Source: an uncultured Planctomycetaceae bacterium (GTDB lineage: Bacteria > Planctomycetota > Planctomycetia > Pirellulales > Pirellulaceae). Taken from it: a stretch of DNA of 40,789 nucleotides. Below, in pieces: positions 16,097-25,575 of this stretch (position 1 is the stretch's first letter; each line of letters opens with the position of its first letter). The DNA is taken from positions 1-40,789 of the forward strand of contig CALELC010000173.1 in the NCBI GenBank assembly GCA_937904535.1, written 5' to 3'. A model generated the notes under the pieces. The model had not been told where the DNA came from, made no database searches, and saw nothing but the letters and a program-made list of their open reading frames with translations. Both the position numbers and the translations under genes were made by a program.

Positions 16097-17851
16097 TTAA
16101 CGTTGGGCTGCTGCGGCTGTGGCTTCCCAGTAGTCGGCTTGCATTCCGGGGACATCGATCTGCGTCCACACCGAGATGCGTGAGCCGGCTTGATCGATTT
16201 CCGTCAAGGTCGCCAGATGAGGCCGCAGGACGGCTTCAAACACTGCGATATCCCACAGAATGCGCTGGGGATCGTTGGGGCAAAACGTTCCCCAACGATT
16301 GACGAGATAATCGGGCACGCCGCCCTTGCCCTTGAAATGGGCTAACACGTCAGACTTCTTCCAGTGGAACTGCTGCATCGAGGTGTTGACCATCACCTTC
16401 AACTCCACACCGCTCTCCAGCAGACATGCTGCCGCGTGCAGATCGCCGAGCGTGTTGAACTCGGTCGGGTGAAGCTTACCGTCGTGATAATTAAAACCCA
16501 TTAAATGAACTGAGAGCTTGTCTTTGATGCCGGGCTCCAGCAGAATTGCCGACGCAATATTCGTATAGCAGCCGAGCACGAATACTTGCAGCTTCTGACC
16601 GTCAGGGGTTGCCTTGGCCGCTGCGATGATCGCCTGGGCGGCAGGAGAATCCACGGGCGTGCTGGGCGACGGCAGCGGTTGCAGGGCGCCGATCGGGTGC
16701 GGCAGCCGGTCGGTCAATTGCAGGAGTGCGAGCAACTCCTCGTTCATCTTTTGGCTGGTGCGAGTGTTTGCGCCATACACCGCTGGTTGGCCCCAACCCG
16801 CTGATGACAGCCCAACCACTTCAAACTCGGGAGCGACAAGGGCTCGGTAAATCGCAAACGGATCATCGACTTCATTGGCTGTGTCGGTATCGATGAACAC
16901 GCGCGGCTTAGCAGCTGTCTGCGACGAGGACGCGCTCGACCGCGTTGACTGTGGCTGTGAGAAACCGGGCGTGAGCGTTGCCGCCGCTTCCCAGTAATCG
17001 GCTTTCATTGCTGGAATGTCGACCTGCGTCCAAACCTGAAGTTGGCGGCCTTCGTGTTCGATCTCGGTCAGGGTGGCAAGATGCGGACGCAGCACCGCTT
17101 CAAATACCGCGATGTCCCACAGCGTTCGCTGGGCGTCATCGGGAGAATAGGATTCCCAGCGTTCGACCAGATAGTCGCGCACTCCGCCCTGGCCTTTGAA
17201 ATGGGCGTCGACGTCCACCTTGGACCACTGAAAGTATCGCAGCGTGCTATTGACCATCGCTTTTAGCTCCACGCCGCTCTTTAGCAGATGCGCCGCAGCA
17301 TGGAGGTCGCCCATGGTATTGGATTCATTGGGAGTCAGACGCTCGTTGTCAAAGCGAAACCCCATTACATGCACCGTTAACTTGTCGGTAATGCTGGGGT
17401 CGAGCAGTAGCGCTGAGGCTACATTCGTATAACAGCCCAATACAAACACCTGGAGCTTCTGTCCCGCAGGCATCGCATGGGCTGTGGCGATCAGATCGCG
17501 CGCGGCCGGCGAGTCGACCGGTGTGGCTGCGGCCGGCATCGGCTGCAGCGCGCCGATCGGATGAGCGATGCGCTCTCTCAGGCCCAGCAGATCGAGCATT
17601 TCTTCGCTCATCTTTTGACTGGCGCGGGTATTGCTCGCGAAGTCACGTGGACCTTCCCAGCCGATGGTTGACAAGCCCACGACTTGAAACTCAGGAGCGA
17701 TCAGGGCGCGGTAGACCGCAAAGGAATCGTCAACCTCGGCGGCCAAATCGGTATCGATGTAAACCTGCGGCCGATCGTTTCCCGAAGCAGGGGGCATCCA
17801 TGCAAGAAGTATCAGTGAGGCGAACCATGGCCAGCGGCGAGAGGGTGTCAT
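16097..17851 (-). CDS. secreted protein with two tandem nucleoside-hydrolase-like (IUNH/DUF1593-like fold) domains
   Basis: The signal peptide is MTPSRRWPWFASLILLAWMPPASG. Each half begins with an Asp cluster: VYIDTDLAAEVDDSFAVYRAL and VFIDTDTANEVDDPFAIYRAL. The halves (aa ~28-291 and ~316-584) align without gaps and are joined by a Ser-rich linker. The fold assignment rests only on the DxD...DD motif. Confidence 0.7.
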   Translation of the reverse strand: MTPSRRWPWFASLILLAWMPPASGNDRPQVYIDTDLAAEVDDSFAVYRALIAPEFQVVGLSTIGWEGPRDFASNTRASQKMSEEMLDLLGLRERIAHPIGALQPMPAAATPVDSPAARDLIATAHAMPAGQKLQVFVLGCYTNVASALLLDPSITDKLTVHVMGFRFDNERLTPNESNTMGDLHAAAHLLKSGVELKAMVNSTLRYFQWSKVDVDAHFKGQGGVRDYLVERWESYSPDDAQRTLWDIAVFEAVLRPHLATLTEIEHEGRQLQVWTQVDIPAMKADYWEAAATLTPGFSQPQSTRSSASSSQTAAKPRVFIDTDTANEVDDPFAIYRALVAPEFEVVGLSSAGWGQPAVYGANTRTSQKMNEELLALLQLTDRLPHPIGALQPLPSPSTPVDSPAAQAIIAAAKATPDGQKLQVFVLGCYTNIASAILLEPGIKDKLSVHLMGFNYHDGKLHPTEFNTLGDLHAAACLLESGVELKVMVNTSMQQFHWKKSDVLAHFKGKGGVPDYLVNRWGTFCPNDPQRILWDIAVFEAVLRPHLATLTEIDQAGSRISVWTQIDVPGMQADYWEATAAAAQR

Positions 17852-18038
17852 CGACGATCAGTCCTGTGAAGAGTGAACACACGGGCGGCTGGTGGAATGC
17901 CGCGGCGGGAATCAAGGGGAAGGCTTGATAATACTCCGCTGGTGTCCCTCAAGCATCCACTCGCCGCTGCGGTTCATCCGCCACAGGACTGCGCTGCGCC
18001 GGTAGAGTGGAAAGAACGGGCCGCGAACGCATGAGCTT

Positions 18039-18749
18039 GTGAAGATGGATGAACACGAATCCGAGTCAGACAATGGCGGCACTTATGCCACCCTCACACT
18101 GCTCATTCAAGCGGTGCTCGTCGTGGGGTTGGCGATGTTCATTTATCGTCGCGACTGGGAGGATGTCTTTCTTACACTCCTGGTGATTGTGTTGACGTTA
18201 ATTCCGGCGTTCGTGTTTCGCAGTTTGCGCGTCTTCATTCCGCCTGAAATTCAACTCGTTGCCGTATCGTTCGTCTTCCTCTCGCTGTTTCTCGGTTCCG
18301 CAGCCGACTTTTACTACCGCTTTTGGTGGTGGGATATTGTGTTGCATGCGGGGTCGGGGTTTCTGTTTGGCATGGTGGGATTTATGGTCCTCTTCCTGCT
18401 CAATCAGACCGACCGACTGCCGGCGGGAATCCGCCCCGTCTTTCTCTGTTTCTTTGGTGTCACCTTTGCCGTATTCGTGGGGGTGCTCTGGGAGATCTTT
18501 GAGTTCACTGTGGATTCGTTCTTCCCGAAGATCAACATGCAGAGCACGGAAACCGGTGTCAAAGACACGATGCACGATTTGATCATCGACACGCTTGGCG
18601 CGTGCATCGTGGGGCTGATGGGCTGGGCTTACTTCAAAACGGGGCAATACTCGTTCATCGCCGAGGGCGTGCGGAAGTTCATTCAGAAGAATCCGCAGCT
18701 GTTTCGCAGAAAGCGAAAATCGGCAGCCCGAGAAAGGCAACTGGGCTAG
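18039..18749 (+). CDS. polytopic integral membrane protein of unknown function (possibly YjdF/DUF2238-like; family uncertain)
   Basis: 236 aa with about 6 hydrophobic helices (LTLLIQAVLVVGLAMFIY, VFLTLLVIVLTLIPAFVF, LVAVSFVFLSLFLG, IVLHAGSGFLFGMVGFMVLFLL, VFLCFFGVTFAVFVGVLWEIFEF). It has a basic C-terminal tail and a GTG start. Confidence 0.65.
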   Translation: MKMDEHESESDNGGTYATLTLLIQAVLVVGLAMFIYRRDWEDVFLTLLVIVLTLIPAFVFRSLRVFIPPEIQLVAVSFVFLSLFLGSAADFYYRFWWWDIVLHAGSGFLFGMVGFMVLFLLNQTDRLPAGIRPVFLCFFGVTFAVFVGVLWEIFEFTVDSFFPKINMQSTETGVKDTMHDLIIDTLGACIVGLMGWAYFKTGQYSFIAEGVRKFIQKNPQLFRRKRKSAARERQLG

Positions 18750-18776
18750 ACGCCGCGGTGTGAGGATTGTCCAGCG

Positions 18777-18809
18777 GCCGCCGAACGCCCAGAGTTCGGC
18801 GGCAAAAAA
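18777..18809. terminator. strong stem-loop between convergent genes
   Basis: GCCGCCGAAC-gcccaga-GTTCGGCGGC is a perfect 10 bp stem followed by AAAAAA on the plus strand. The U-tract therefore precedes the hairpin on the minus strand, so it is canonical for neither direction. Confidence 0.4.
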
Positions 18810-18855
18810 GGTGCACCATCGGGCTCAGCTGAATCGAGCGCTCGCAGGCAACCGA

Positions 18856-19284
18856 TTATTGGATTGCGACCAACTCGATATCGAAGGACAAGTCCTTTCC
18901 AGCCAACGGGTGGTTGGCATCGAGGGTCACTTGGTCTTCGTCGACTTGGACAATTTGGACGGTGAGTGGGTAACTGCCTTCCTGTTCCATTTGCAGTTGT
19001 TGGCCAACCTGTGGTTGCATGTCCGGTGGCAAATCGCTCCGCGGGACCGTCACCAATGCTTCGTCATGCCGCGGCCCGTAAGCTTCGGCGGCGGGAATCA
19101 CCGTGGTGGTTCGATCGCCAGGGACCATCCCTTCAACCGCTTTCTCAAAACCGGGGATAATCTGGCCGGCGCCGAGTTGGAATGCCAGCGGTTCGCGTTC
19201 CAGCGACGAATCGAAGATCGTTCCGTCCGCCAGTTTGCCGGTGTAATGGACTTGGACGGTATCGCCTGCTTTGGCTGGTGCCAT
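18856..19284 (-). CDS. FKBP-type peptidyl-prolyl cis-trans isomerase (SlyD-like, with insert-in-flap domain)
   Basis: GDTVQVHYTGKLADGTIFDSS...PLAFQLGAGQIIPGFEKAVEGMVPGD ... LDANHPLAGKDLSFDIELVAI. Start chosen at ATG 19284 (MAPAKAGD...). Confidence 0.88.
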   Translation of the reverse strand: MAPAKAGDTVQVHYTGKLADGTIFDSSLEREPLAFQLGAGQIIPGFEKAVEGMVPGDRTTTVIPAAEAYGPRHDEALVTVPRSDLPPDMQPQVGQQLQMEQEGSYPLTVQIVQVDEDQVTLDANHPLAGKDLSFDIELVAIQ

Positions 19285-19579
19285 GAGATGGCCCTTCTTA
19301 CGTTTGCGGATGCGGCTGAGTGTTCGCGTGTCCATTGCAGCGGACACGCATCAGCCCCATTGTAGCGCATGAGGCTGCCGAAGGGGGCGGCGAGGCGGAG
19401 CGGTACCCGATTTCCTCAGTAATCGGCCGAGGAACTGGTGAGCGAGGGCACTTGCTTATTGGCCGCTGCCCCGTCAACTCGCGTCAGGCGAAGAACGCAC
19501 AACTCTGCTCGCGCGATTCGGCCAGCAGGATGCACGCGATCGTCCGCTCTGACGAAGAATCCCTGGTCTACAGACTTGC

Positions 19580-20200
19580 CTAGTTGAGGCGAAGTGTGCC
19601 GGCCAGAATCGCCGCGGAGACGCCGGCGGTCGTGGGGTTGCCACCGAGGCCGCCAAACGGGAAGTCGAGTCCCACGGCATAGGCCTCACCTCTAGCGTTT
19701 ACAAACCGCTGCGTTCCGCCGTCGAAGTTGATCAAGATCGTAGCGCCCAGCATCTGCTGCAGGCCGAGGAAGTGGTTCTGCATGTAGAACGTTCCATGCA
19801 ACTCCCCTTCCGGAGTCACCCAGACGAAGGAGCCTGTGAAGTCCGCAACCACTGTGTTGGTCGGGTTGAGGTACACGCAACCAGTGGCGTCACCGTAACC
19901 CGTGAACGGCAGGTTGACGCGCTGAAACGGCAGACCCAGACCGGGGAAGCCGGGGCCTTTGCTCAGAATCGGCAAACGCAGATTGGCGGCGATTAATTTT
20001 CCACTAAAGCCGTCGCTGCTGACGTTGAAAATCGCTGCCGGCGGGTCGAACTGAAAGTCGTCGGGATTGTCGGGATCAACCGGAGTGTGGGCGAAGGTGA
20101 ACTCCCCGCCGACGAGACTGCAGGTTTCGGCACTTGTTGCCGCGAGAGGCAGGGAGGCCACTAAGGCTGCAGCAAACAGCAAGGAATTCAAACGCATCAT
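19580..20200 (-). CDS. secreted hypothetical protein
   Basis: The signal peptide is MMRLNSLLFAAALVASLPLAATSA. The composition is beta-rich, with a ...FDGGTQRFVNARGEAYAVG... motif reminiscent of small secreted beta-barrel (dirigent/AOC-like) proteins. That resemblance is weak. Confidence 0.6.
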   Translation of the reverse strand: MMRLNSLLFAAALVASLPLAATSAETCSLVGGEFTFAHTPVDPDNPDDFQFDPPAAIFNVSSDGFSGKLIAANLRLPILSKGPGFPGLGLPFQRVNLPFTGYGDATGCVYLNPTNTVVADFTGSFVWVTPEGELHGTFYMQNHFLGLQQMLGATILINFDGGTQRFVNARGEAYAVGLDFPFGGLGGNPTTAGVSAAILAGTLRLN

Positions 20201-20365
20201 CTTTTGTGGCCTCGGTCCAAACGCATGGTGGATACTAACGACTCAACACGGACTCAAATGCACCGCTGCCAACAGACAACCGCCAGCAACGGTACCCAAA
20301 TGACCCCGCTGTGGACCAGTGTTGGCGTCCCTCATGCTGGAGTCAAGTAAAAAAGTTATCCATCC

Positions 20366-20394
20366 TTGGCATCAGCCACCGGAGCTGATGCCAA
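20366..20394 (-). terminator. hairpin downstream of the DUF1552 gene (terminator candidate)
   Basis: TTGGCATCAGC-(7 nt)-GCTGATGCCAA is a perfect 11 bp stem about 30 nt past the stop at 20422. On the minus strand a TTTTTT run follows, but only after an 11 nt gap. Confidence 0.4.
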
Positions 20395-20421
20395 ATGGAG
20401 TGATACGAGGATGCGCAGGTA

Positions 20422-21765
20422 CTACGCGCGCAGCCCAGTCAGCCGACCGGTGCTGTCACCCAGCGATTCGAGGTGAACGCCCACGCCGTCGAGCATCGAC
20501 AGGTAGAGGTTGGTGAGCGGCGTGCCATCCTTGTAAGCGACATGTCGTCCCGGGGTGACAAGTCCGCCGCCCTTGCCCGCCAAGATGATCGGCAAGTTGT
20601 TGTGATTGTGCGCGTTGCCGTCGGCAATGCCGCTGCCGTAGACGATCAGGCTACGATCCAGCAGCGTTTGGTCGCCCTCGCGGACCGACCGCAGTCGTTC
20701 CAAGAAATACGCGAACTGCGTCACGTGGAACTGATTGATCTTCTGCAGCTTCGCTTGCTTTTCTTCCTTGCCTTCATGGTGTGACAGGTCGTGGTGACCT
20801 TCAGGAACATCCAAGAACGGGTAGCTGCGGTTGCTGCCTTCATTGGCGAACACGAGGGTCGACACGCGCGTGGTATCGGTTTGGAACGCCAGCACGACCA
20901 AGTCGCCGAGGAGCCGCAAGTGGTCTGCATAGGAGGCTGGAATGCCACTCGGCCGGTCCAGCGGAAGCGACTTGCCATCGGGAGCCTGAGCGGCTTTGTC
21001 GATCCGGGTTTCCAGTTCGCGAATCGCCGTCAGGTATTCATCGAGTTTCCGCTGATCGGCGATGCCGACGAGACGCTGCAACCGCCGCGCATCTTCACCG
21101 ACCATATCCAGAATGCTCTTGTTGTAACGCTCGCGGCGAGCGCGGGCTGCTTCCGATTCGCCGGGACGGCCGGATGTGAACAGCCGGTCGAAGATCAACT
21201 TCGGATCGACTTCCTTGGCAACCGGTTGGTTCTCGCTTCGCCACGCGATGTTCGATGAGTAGGCGCAGCTATAGCCGGAATCGCAATTGCCGGATTGTGC
21301 TCCGGCATCGGCTCCGACCTCCAGCGAAGCAAAGCGTGTAACCTTGCCCAGCTCACGTGCAGCGATTTGGTCGACCGAGACGCCCGCGCGAATGTCTGCT
21401 CCGTCGGTCTTGCGCGCCTGGGTACCGGTGAGGAATGTGGTCAGCGCCCGCGCGTGGTCGCCGCCGCCATCGCCGTTGGCGTTGGCCTTTTGGTGGGTGA
21501 GTCCCGAGAGCACGCAGAACTCGTCTTTCAGCCCGGCGAGCGGCTGGAGTGTCTTGGGCAGCGCGTAGCCGGCACCTTCGCTGGTCGGCAGCCAGTCGGG
21601 CATGTGCTTGCCATTGGGGACATACAAGAAAGCCATCCGCAGCGGTTCGGCTGCCCGCTCTGCCCCCAGAATCGAACGCGGCATCATGGCGTCGAGCAGC
21701 GGAAGCGCGATTGCCGTTCCGAGGCCCTTGAGCGTTGTACGACGCGAGATGCGTGGAAGACTCAT
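20422..21765 (-). CDS. DUF1552-family protein with Tat-like signal
   Basis: The N-terminus MSLPRISRRTTLKGLGTAIALPLLDAMMP is the characteristic DUF1552 start. It sits directly downstream of a DUF1592-family gene, which is the usual pairing. Start chosen at ATG 21765. Confidence 0.8.
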   Translation of the reverse strand: MSLPRISRRTTLKGLGTAIALPLLDAMMPRSILGAERAAEPLRMAFLYVPNGKHMPDWLPTSEGAGYALPKTLQPLAGLKDEFCVLSGLTHQKANANGDGGGDHARALTTFLTGTQARKTDGADIRAGVSVDQIAARELGKVTRFASLEVGADAGAQSGNCDSGYSCAYSSNIAWRSENQPVAKEVDPKLIFDRLFTSGRPGESEAARARRERYNKSILDMVGEDARRLQRLVGIADQRKLDEYLTAIRELETRIDKAAQAPDGKSLPLDRPSGIPASYADHLRLLGDLVVLAFQTDTTRVSTLVFANEGSNRSYPFLDVPEGHHDLSHHEGKEEKQAKLQKINQFHVTQFAYFLERLRSVREGDQTLLDRSLIVYGSGIADGNAHNHNNLPIILAGKGGGLVTPGRHVAYKDGTPLTNLYLSMLDGVGVHLESLGDSTGRLTGLRA

Positions 21766-21906
21766 ATCCGTACCTTTGTTGCAGAGAGCTTGAGGTGGGT
21801 AACTAACGGGCGGGTAAGCAACCGGCGAGCGGCTGCGATTCAGGAAGGTATCCACCGGCTCGGCCAGAGTGGACGCCGGAATTATCCCTCGCACAGCGAG
21901 GGCAGG

Positions 21907-24213
21907 CTACTGGGGCATCGCCGTGGCGGCGCGGTTGCGGAAGGGGGGACTCTCGATGATCGCCAGCACAAGCGCTCCAAAACGATCATCTTGTTGCTGC
22001 ATCGAGGCGGTGATCGCATCGAGCGTGCATTCGTCGAAATACTCCAGTCCGCGGCCGAGCGCATAGGTCAAAAGCTTACCAGCGATGCAGCGGCGGAAGT
22101 CCATCTGGCGTTCCAGCAGAATCTGTCGCAGTTCGACCGGGCCATTGAACGTTCGTCCGCCGGGAAGTTCTCCCTGAGCATCGATCGGCAATCCTTTGTC
22201 TTGGTCCCGCCATTTGCCGATCGCGTCGAAGTTCTCGAGCCCAAAGCCGAGCGGGTCCATCAAACGATGGCAACCGGCACAGCCGGGATCCGAAAGGTGC
22301 AATTCCAACTGCTCGCGAAGGGACACGGCTTCCTTGGCGGCACCGCCTTGCGCTTCCAATGCCGGCACGTTGGGCGGCGGTGGTGGTGGTGGCGTCGCGA
22401 GCAAATTATCGAGGATCCATTTGCCGCGTTTGACCGGTGACGTCCGTGTGGGATTGGAAGTCACGGTCAAAATGCTCGCATGGCCCAGCAACCCGGCACG
22501 AGGCGTACCGGCGAGCGAGACCTGCCGGAACTCATCGCCTGAGACACCTTCGATCCCATACAGCTTGGCCAACGGTTCGTTGATAAACGTGTAATCTGCC
22601 GTCAACAGATCGAGTACGCTGCGGTCCTCGCGGATGATCGATGCGAACAGCAGTTCGGTTTCCTGCCGCATCGCTCGCCGCAGTTCCGGCGTGAAATCCG
22701 CAAACCGCTTCGAATCGATGGAGAGCGTTTCCAGGTTTCGCAGTTGAAACCACTGGCTGGCGAAGTTTTCGACAAGCGCGGAGGCCCGGGGATCGAGCAA
22801 CATGCGGCGGATCTGCCGCTGCAACTCTTGTGTGTCCCTGAGTTTGCCAGCGCGGGCAGCGGAGAATAGTTCGTCGTCCGGCGGGCCGCTCCAGAGAAAG
22901 TAGCTGATCCGTGTGGCCAGTTCCCAATCGTCCAGTTCCCGGACCGTTTCCGGTGCTTGGGGATCAGCCTCCAGGCGGAACAGGAACCGCGGTGAGACGA
23001 GCACCGCCTGGATACCGACCTGCATCGCTCGTTCGAACGAGCCGCCATCGTCCAGCACCATCTCGACGATCTTCACGTAGCGTTCGACGGTCTCGGGGCC
23101 GACCGGACGACGGAACGCTCGCGGCAGCAGCGCACTCAAGTTGTTGCGAGCGGCTGCCAATACGGCCTCGCGATCGGCTCCCGCTGCAGGTGTGCTGGGG
23201 ATCAATCGGCGGTGCGACTCGGGTAAATCTTCGGGTAACGCTCCGAGCGGGCCGATTACCGACAATGTCGATACGTGCAGATTGCGGTCGCCGCGGAGCT
23301 TGGGATCGTCGGTGTCGACGCGGTAGTAGTCGTTGAGAAACTTAACGGCAAAGCGGTGCTTGCCGCGCGGTGCGCGGACCGTGACTTCATATGTGCCAGG
23401 AGCCTGCGACGTCGCCGGGACATCAACGGTTTGCAAGGGTTCGCCGTCGAGCAAAAACGCCATTTTCGCCGGTTCGGGGCCGGCCTGGTCACCGTACGCC
23501 TGCACGCGGAACAGGTATTCGGCGGTCGCAATCAATTCAAAATCGTCGCCCGCTTCACCGACTGAGGCCAGCGTTCGCCCGGGTCTGCTGACTACCGGTG
23601 CAAACTCGGCCTCGCCAACCAGAATCGCTCGGCGGACGATTTCATCAGCAGCATCGAGGTACCTCTCCAGCAACACCGGTGGCAGCGTCAACACGTCGCC
23701 GATGTTATCAAACCCGTAACCGACGTCATCCGAAGGAAAATTGTCAGCCGGGCGGAAGTCGACTCCCGTCAAGTGAGCAACGGTGCGGTTGTATTCGTTG
23801 CGATTGAGTCGCCGCAAAGTGACGCGGCCCGGGTAGACGGGACCGTCGCAGTCGACGGTGAGCGCTTGCGACTCAATCCAGCCGAGCAACAACTGTCGCT
23901 CTTCTTCTGTCGGCTGCTCGTTGTCCGGCGGCGGCATGATTTGGTTGTCCAACTGCGTGTGGACTTTTTTCCAAATCGCGCGGTCGAGTGTGCGGGCCCG
24001 CGCGATGTCCAGTTGCTCAAACGCCACACCCGCGTCGGGTGACGCTCCGGAATGACAATCGCCGCAGTAGCTCGTCAGCAGCGGCAGCACGTCCTGCTGA
24101 TAGTCGAGCTGAGCGTAGGGATCGGCAGCGGGCTGAGGCGACTCCGCTTGCACTGTCCGTAGTCCAGCAAACAACCCGATCGCAACGCAGCAAACACGGA
24201 ACAGACGAAGCAT
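21907..24213 (-). CDS. DUF1592/DUF1595/DUF1588/DUF1587/DUF1585-type protein with two CxxCH motifs
   Basis: The signal peptide is MLRLFRVCCVAIGLFAGLRTVQA. There is an N-terminal YCGDCHSG and a C-terminal CAGCHRLMDPLGFGLENFDAIGKWR, and a run PPPPPPPN sits before the last module. Start chosen at ATG 24213. Confidence 0.8.
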   Translation of the reverse strand: MLRLFRVCCVAIGLFAGLRTVQAESPQPAADPYAQLDYQQDVLPLLTSYCGDCHSGASPDAGVAFEQLDIARARTLDRAIWKKVHTQLDNQIMPPPDNEQPTEEERQLLLGWIESQALTVDCDGPVYPGRVTLRRLNRNEYNRTVAHLTGVDFRPADNFPSDDVGYGFDNIGDVLTLPPVLLERYLDAADEIVRRAILVGEAEFAPVVSRPGRTLASVGEAGDDFELIATAEYLFRVQAYGDQAGPEPAKMAFLLDGEPLQTVDVPATSQAPGTYEVTVRAPRGKHRFAVKFLNDYYRVDTDDPKLRGDRNLHVSTLSVIGPLGALPEDLPESHRRLIPSTPAAGADREAVLAAARNNLSALLPRAFRRPVGPETVERYVKIVEMVLDDGGSFERAMQVGIQAVLVSPRFLFRLEADPQAPETVRELDDWELATRISYFLWSGPPDDELFSAARAGKLRDTQELQRQIRRMLLDPRASALVENFASQWFQLRNLETLSIDSKRFADFTPELRRAMRQETELLFASIIREDRSVLDLLTADYTFINEPLAKLYGIEGVSGDEFRQVSLAGTPRAGLLGHASILTVTSNPTRTSPVKRGKWILDNLLATPPPPPPPNVPALEAQGGAAKEAVSLREQLELHLSDPGCAGCHRLMDPLGFGLENFDAIGKWRDQDKGLPIDAQGELPGGRTFNGPVELRQILLERQMDFRRCIAGKLLTYALGRGLEYFDECTLDAITASMQQQDDRFGALVLAIIESPPFRNRAATAMPQ

Positions 24214-24432
24214 CAAGGCGATCTCGGGGGTGGGCAGGACGAAGGTGCGGTGGGAGCGGACAGTGGTGAACAAACGAGCCGCTGGGCCAGATTCTAACGT
24301 CAGGGCAGTGCAATGGTAAGCGAATTTGCCTCGCTTAGGCTGTGTTCGCGCGACTTGTGACGCTGTGCCGCAGGGATAAACTAGCCGTGTTTACGGATTC
24401 TCAGCTTCCCCGTCTTTATTTCTGCGTGCTGA

Positions 24433-25554
24433 ATGACTTCTGGCCAATCGTCCGAGACGGCGGCGTCGCCGACCAACGAACCGCTGATCGAAGATGGACA
24501 TCCGGCGGTGGTGCGCTGGGACGAGGCAACGGGGCAACTTCTGATTCTCGACCAAACGCGTCTGCCGGCGGAGGTCACCTATTTGCACTGCAGCAACGTG
24601 CAGCAGGTGTGGGATGCGATCGTGCGGCTGAGTGTTCGCGGAGCTCCAGCGATCGGCGTCGCAGCGGCTTATGGCGTCTGCTTAGCGGCTTCGCCGGATG
24701 GTACATCGCCCCACGAGTCGGTGCGGCAGGCAATCAGGGCGGCGATCGACCATTTGGCGACCAGCCGGCCCACCGCGGTTAACTTGTTCTGGGCGCTCGA
24801 CCGGATGCGCGGAGTCGTGTCGCAGACAGCAGATGATTCCGCACTCTTGGAGGCATTGCTGCGCGAAGCTCGTGCCATTCACCAACAAGACCGTGAACTG
24901 TGCGCGGCGATCGGCCGATTCGGAGCGGAGCGGCTCGGCGACGCCGCGGCTTTGCTAACTCACTGCAACGCCGGCGCACTAGCCACCGGGGGCGTGGGAA
25001 CCGCGCTGGCACCGATTTATGAACTGCATCGCCAGGGCCGCGCGGTGCGGGTGTTTGCCGACGAAACCCGGCCGTTGCTGCAAGGAGCACGTTTGACGGC
25101 GTGGGAGTTGCAACAGATGGGTGTCCCGGTAACGGTGATCACGGACTCGATGGCCGGTTCAGTGATGCAGGCCGGCAAGGTGCAGGCGGTGATTGTCGGT
25201 GCGGACCGGATCACGGCCAACGGTGACGTGGCCAACAAAATCGGGACGTTCCCGCTCGCGGTGTTGGCGAAATACCACAACATCCCCTTCTTTGTCGCTG
25301 CGCCGCATTCGACTTTCGACATGACGCTCAGCGATGGTCGGGCGATTCCGATCGAGCACCGCGGCGCTGAAGAGGTGACGTGTGGGTTTGGGCTGCAAAC
25401 GGCGCCCGAGGGCTGTGACGTCTTCAATCCTGCGTTTGATGTCACGCCCGCTGAGTTGATTACGGCAATCATCACCGACTTGGGCGTGATCGAATCACCG
25501 AACCTGCAGTCGGTCAGCGAACTGATTGGGACGCATCATCGTGGTGAGTGCTGA
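24433..25554 (+). CDS. mtnA: S-methyl-5-thioribose-1-phosphate isomerase (eIF-2B alpha/beta/delta family)
   Basis: VVRWDEATGQLLILDQTRLPAEVTYL, VRGAPAIGVAAAYG, LTHCNAGALATGGVGTAL and GADRITANGDVANKIGT are all present. Confidence 0.9.
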   Translation: MTSGQSSETAASPTNEPLIEDGHPAVVRWDEATGQLLILDQTRLPAEVTYLHCSNVQQVWDAIVRLSVRGAPAIGVAAAYGVCLAASPDGTSPHESVRQAIRAAIDHLATSRPTAVNLFWALDRMRGVVSQTADDSALLEALLREARAIHQQDRELCAAIGRFGAERLGDAAALLTHCNAGALATGGVGTALAPIYELHRQGRAVRVFADETRPLLQGARLTAWELQQMGVPVTVITDSMAGSVMQAGKVQAVIVGADRITANGDVANKIGTFPLAVLAKYHNIPFFVAAPHSTFDMTLSDGRAIPIEHRGAEEVTCGFGLQTAPEGCDVFNPAFDVTPAELITAIITDLGVIESPNLQSVSELIGTHHRGEC

Positions 25555-25575
25555 GCCCTGCCCTGCTCGCTGAAC

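Noticed and set aside
13482-18000. tRNA-Pro-associated genomic island
   Set aside because: I saw no integrase, no duplicated tRNA 3' segment and no obvious compositional break. The genes are ordinary chromosomal types. Only the weaker repeat-bracketed-cassette idea was kept as a finding.
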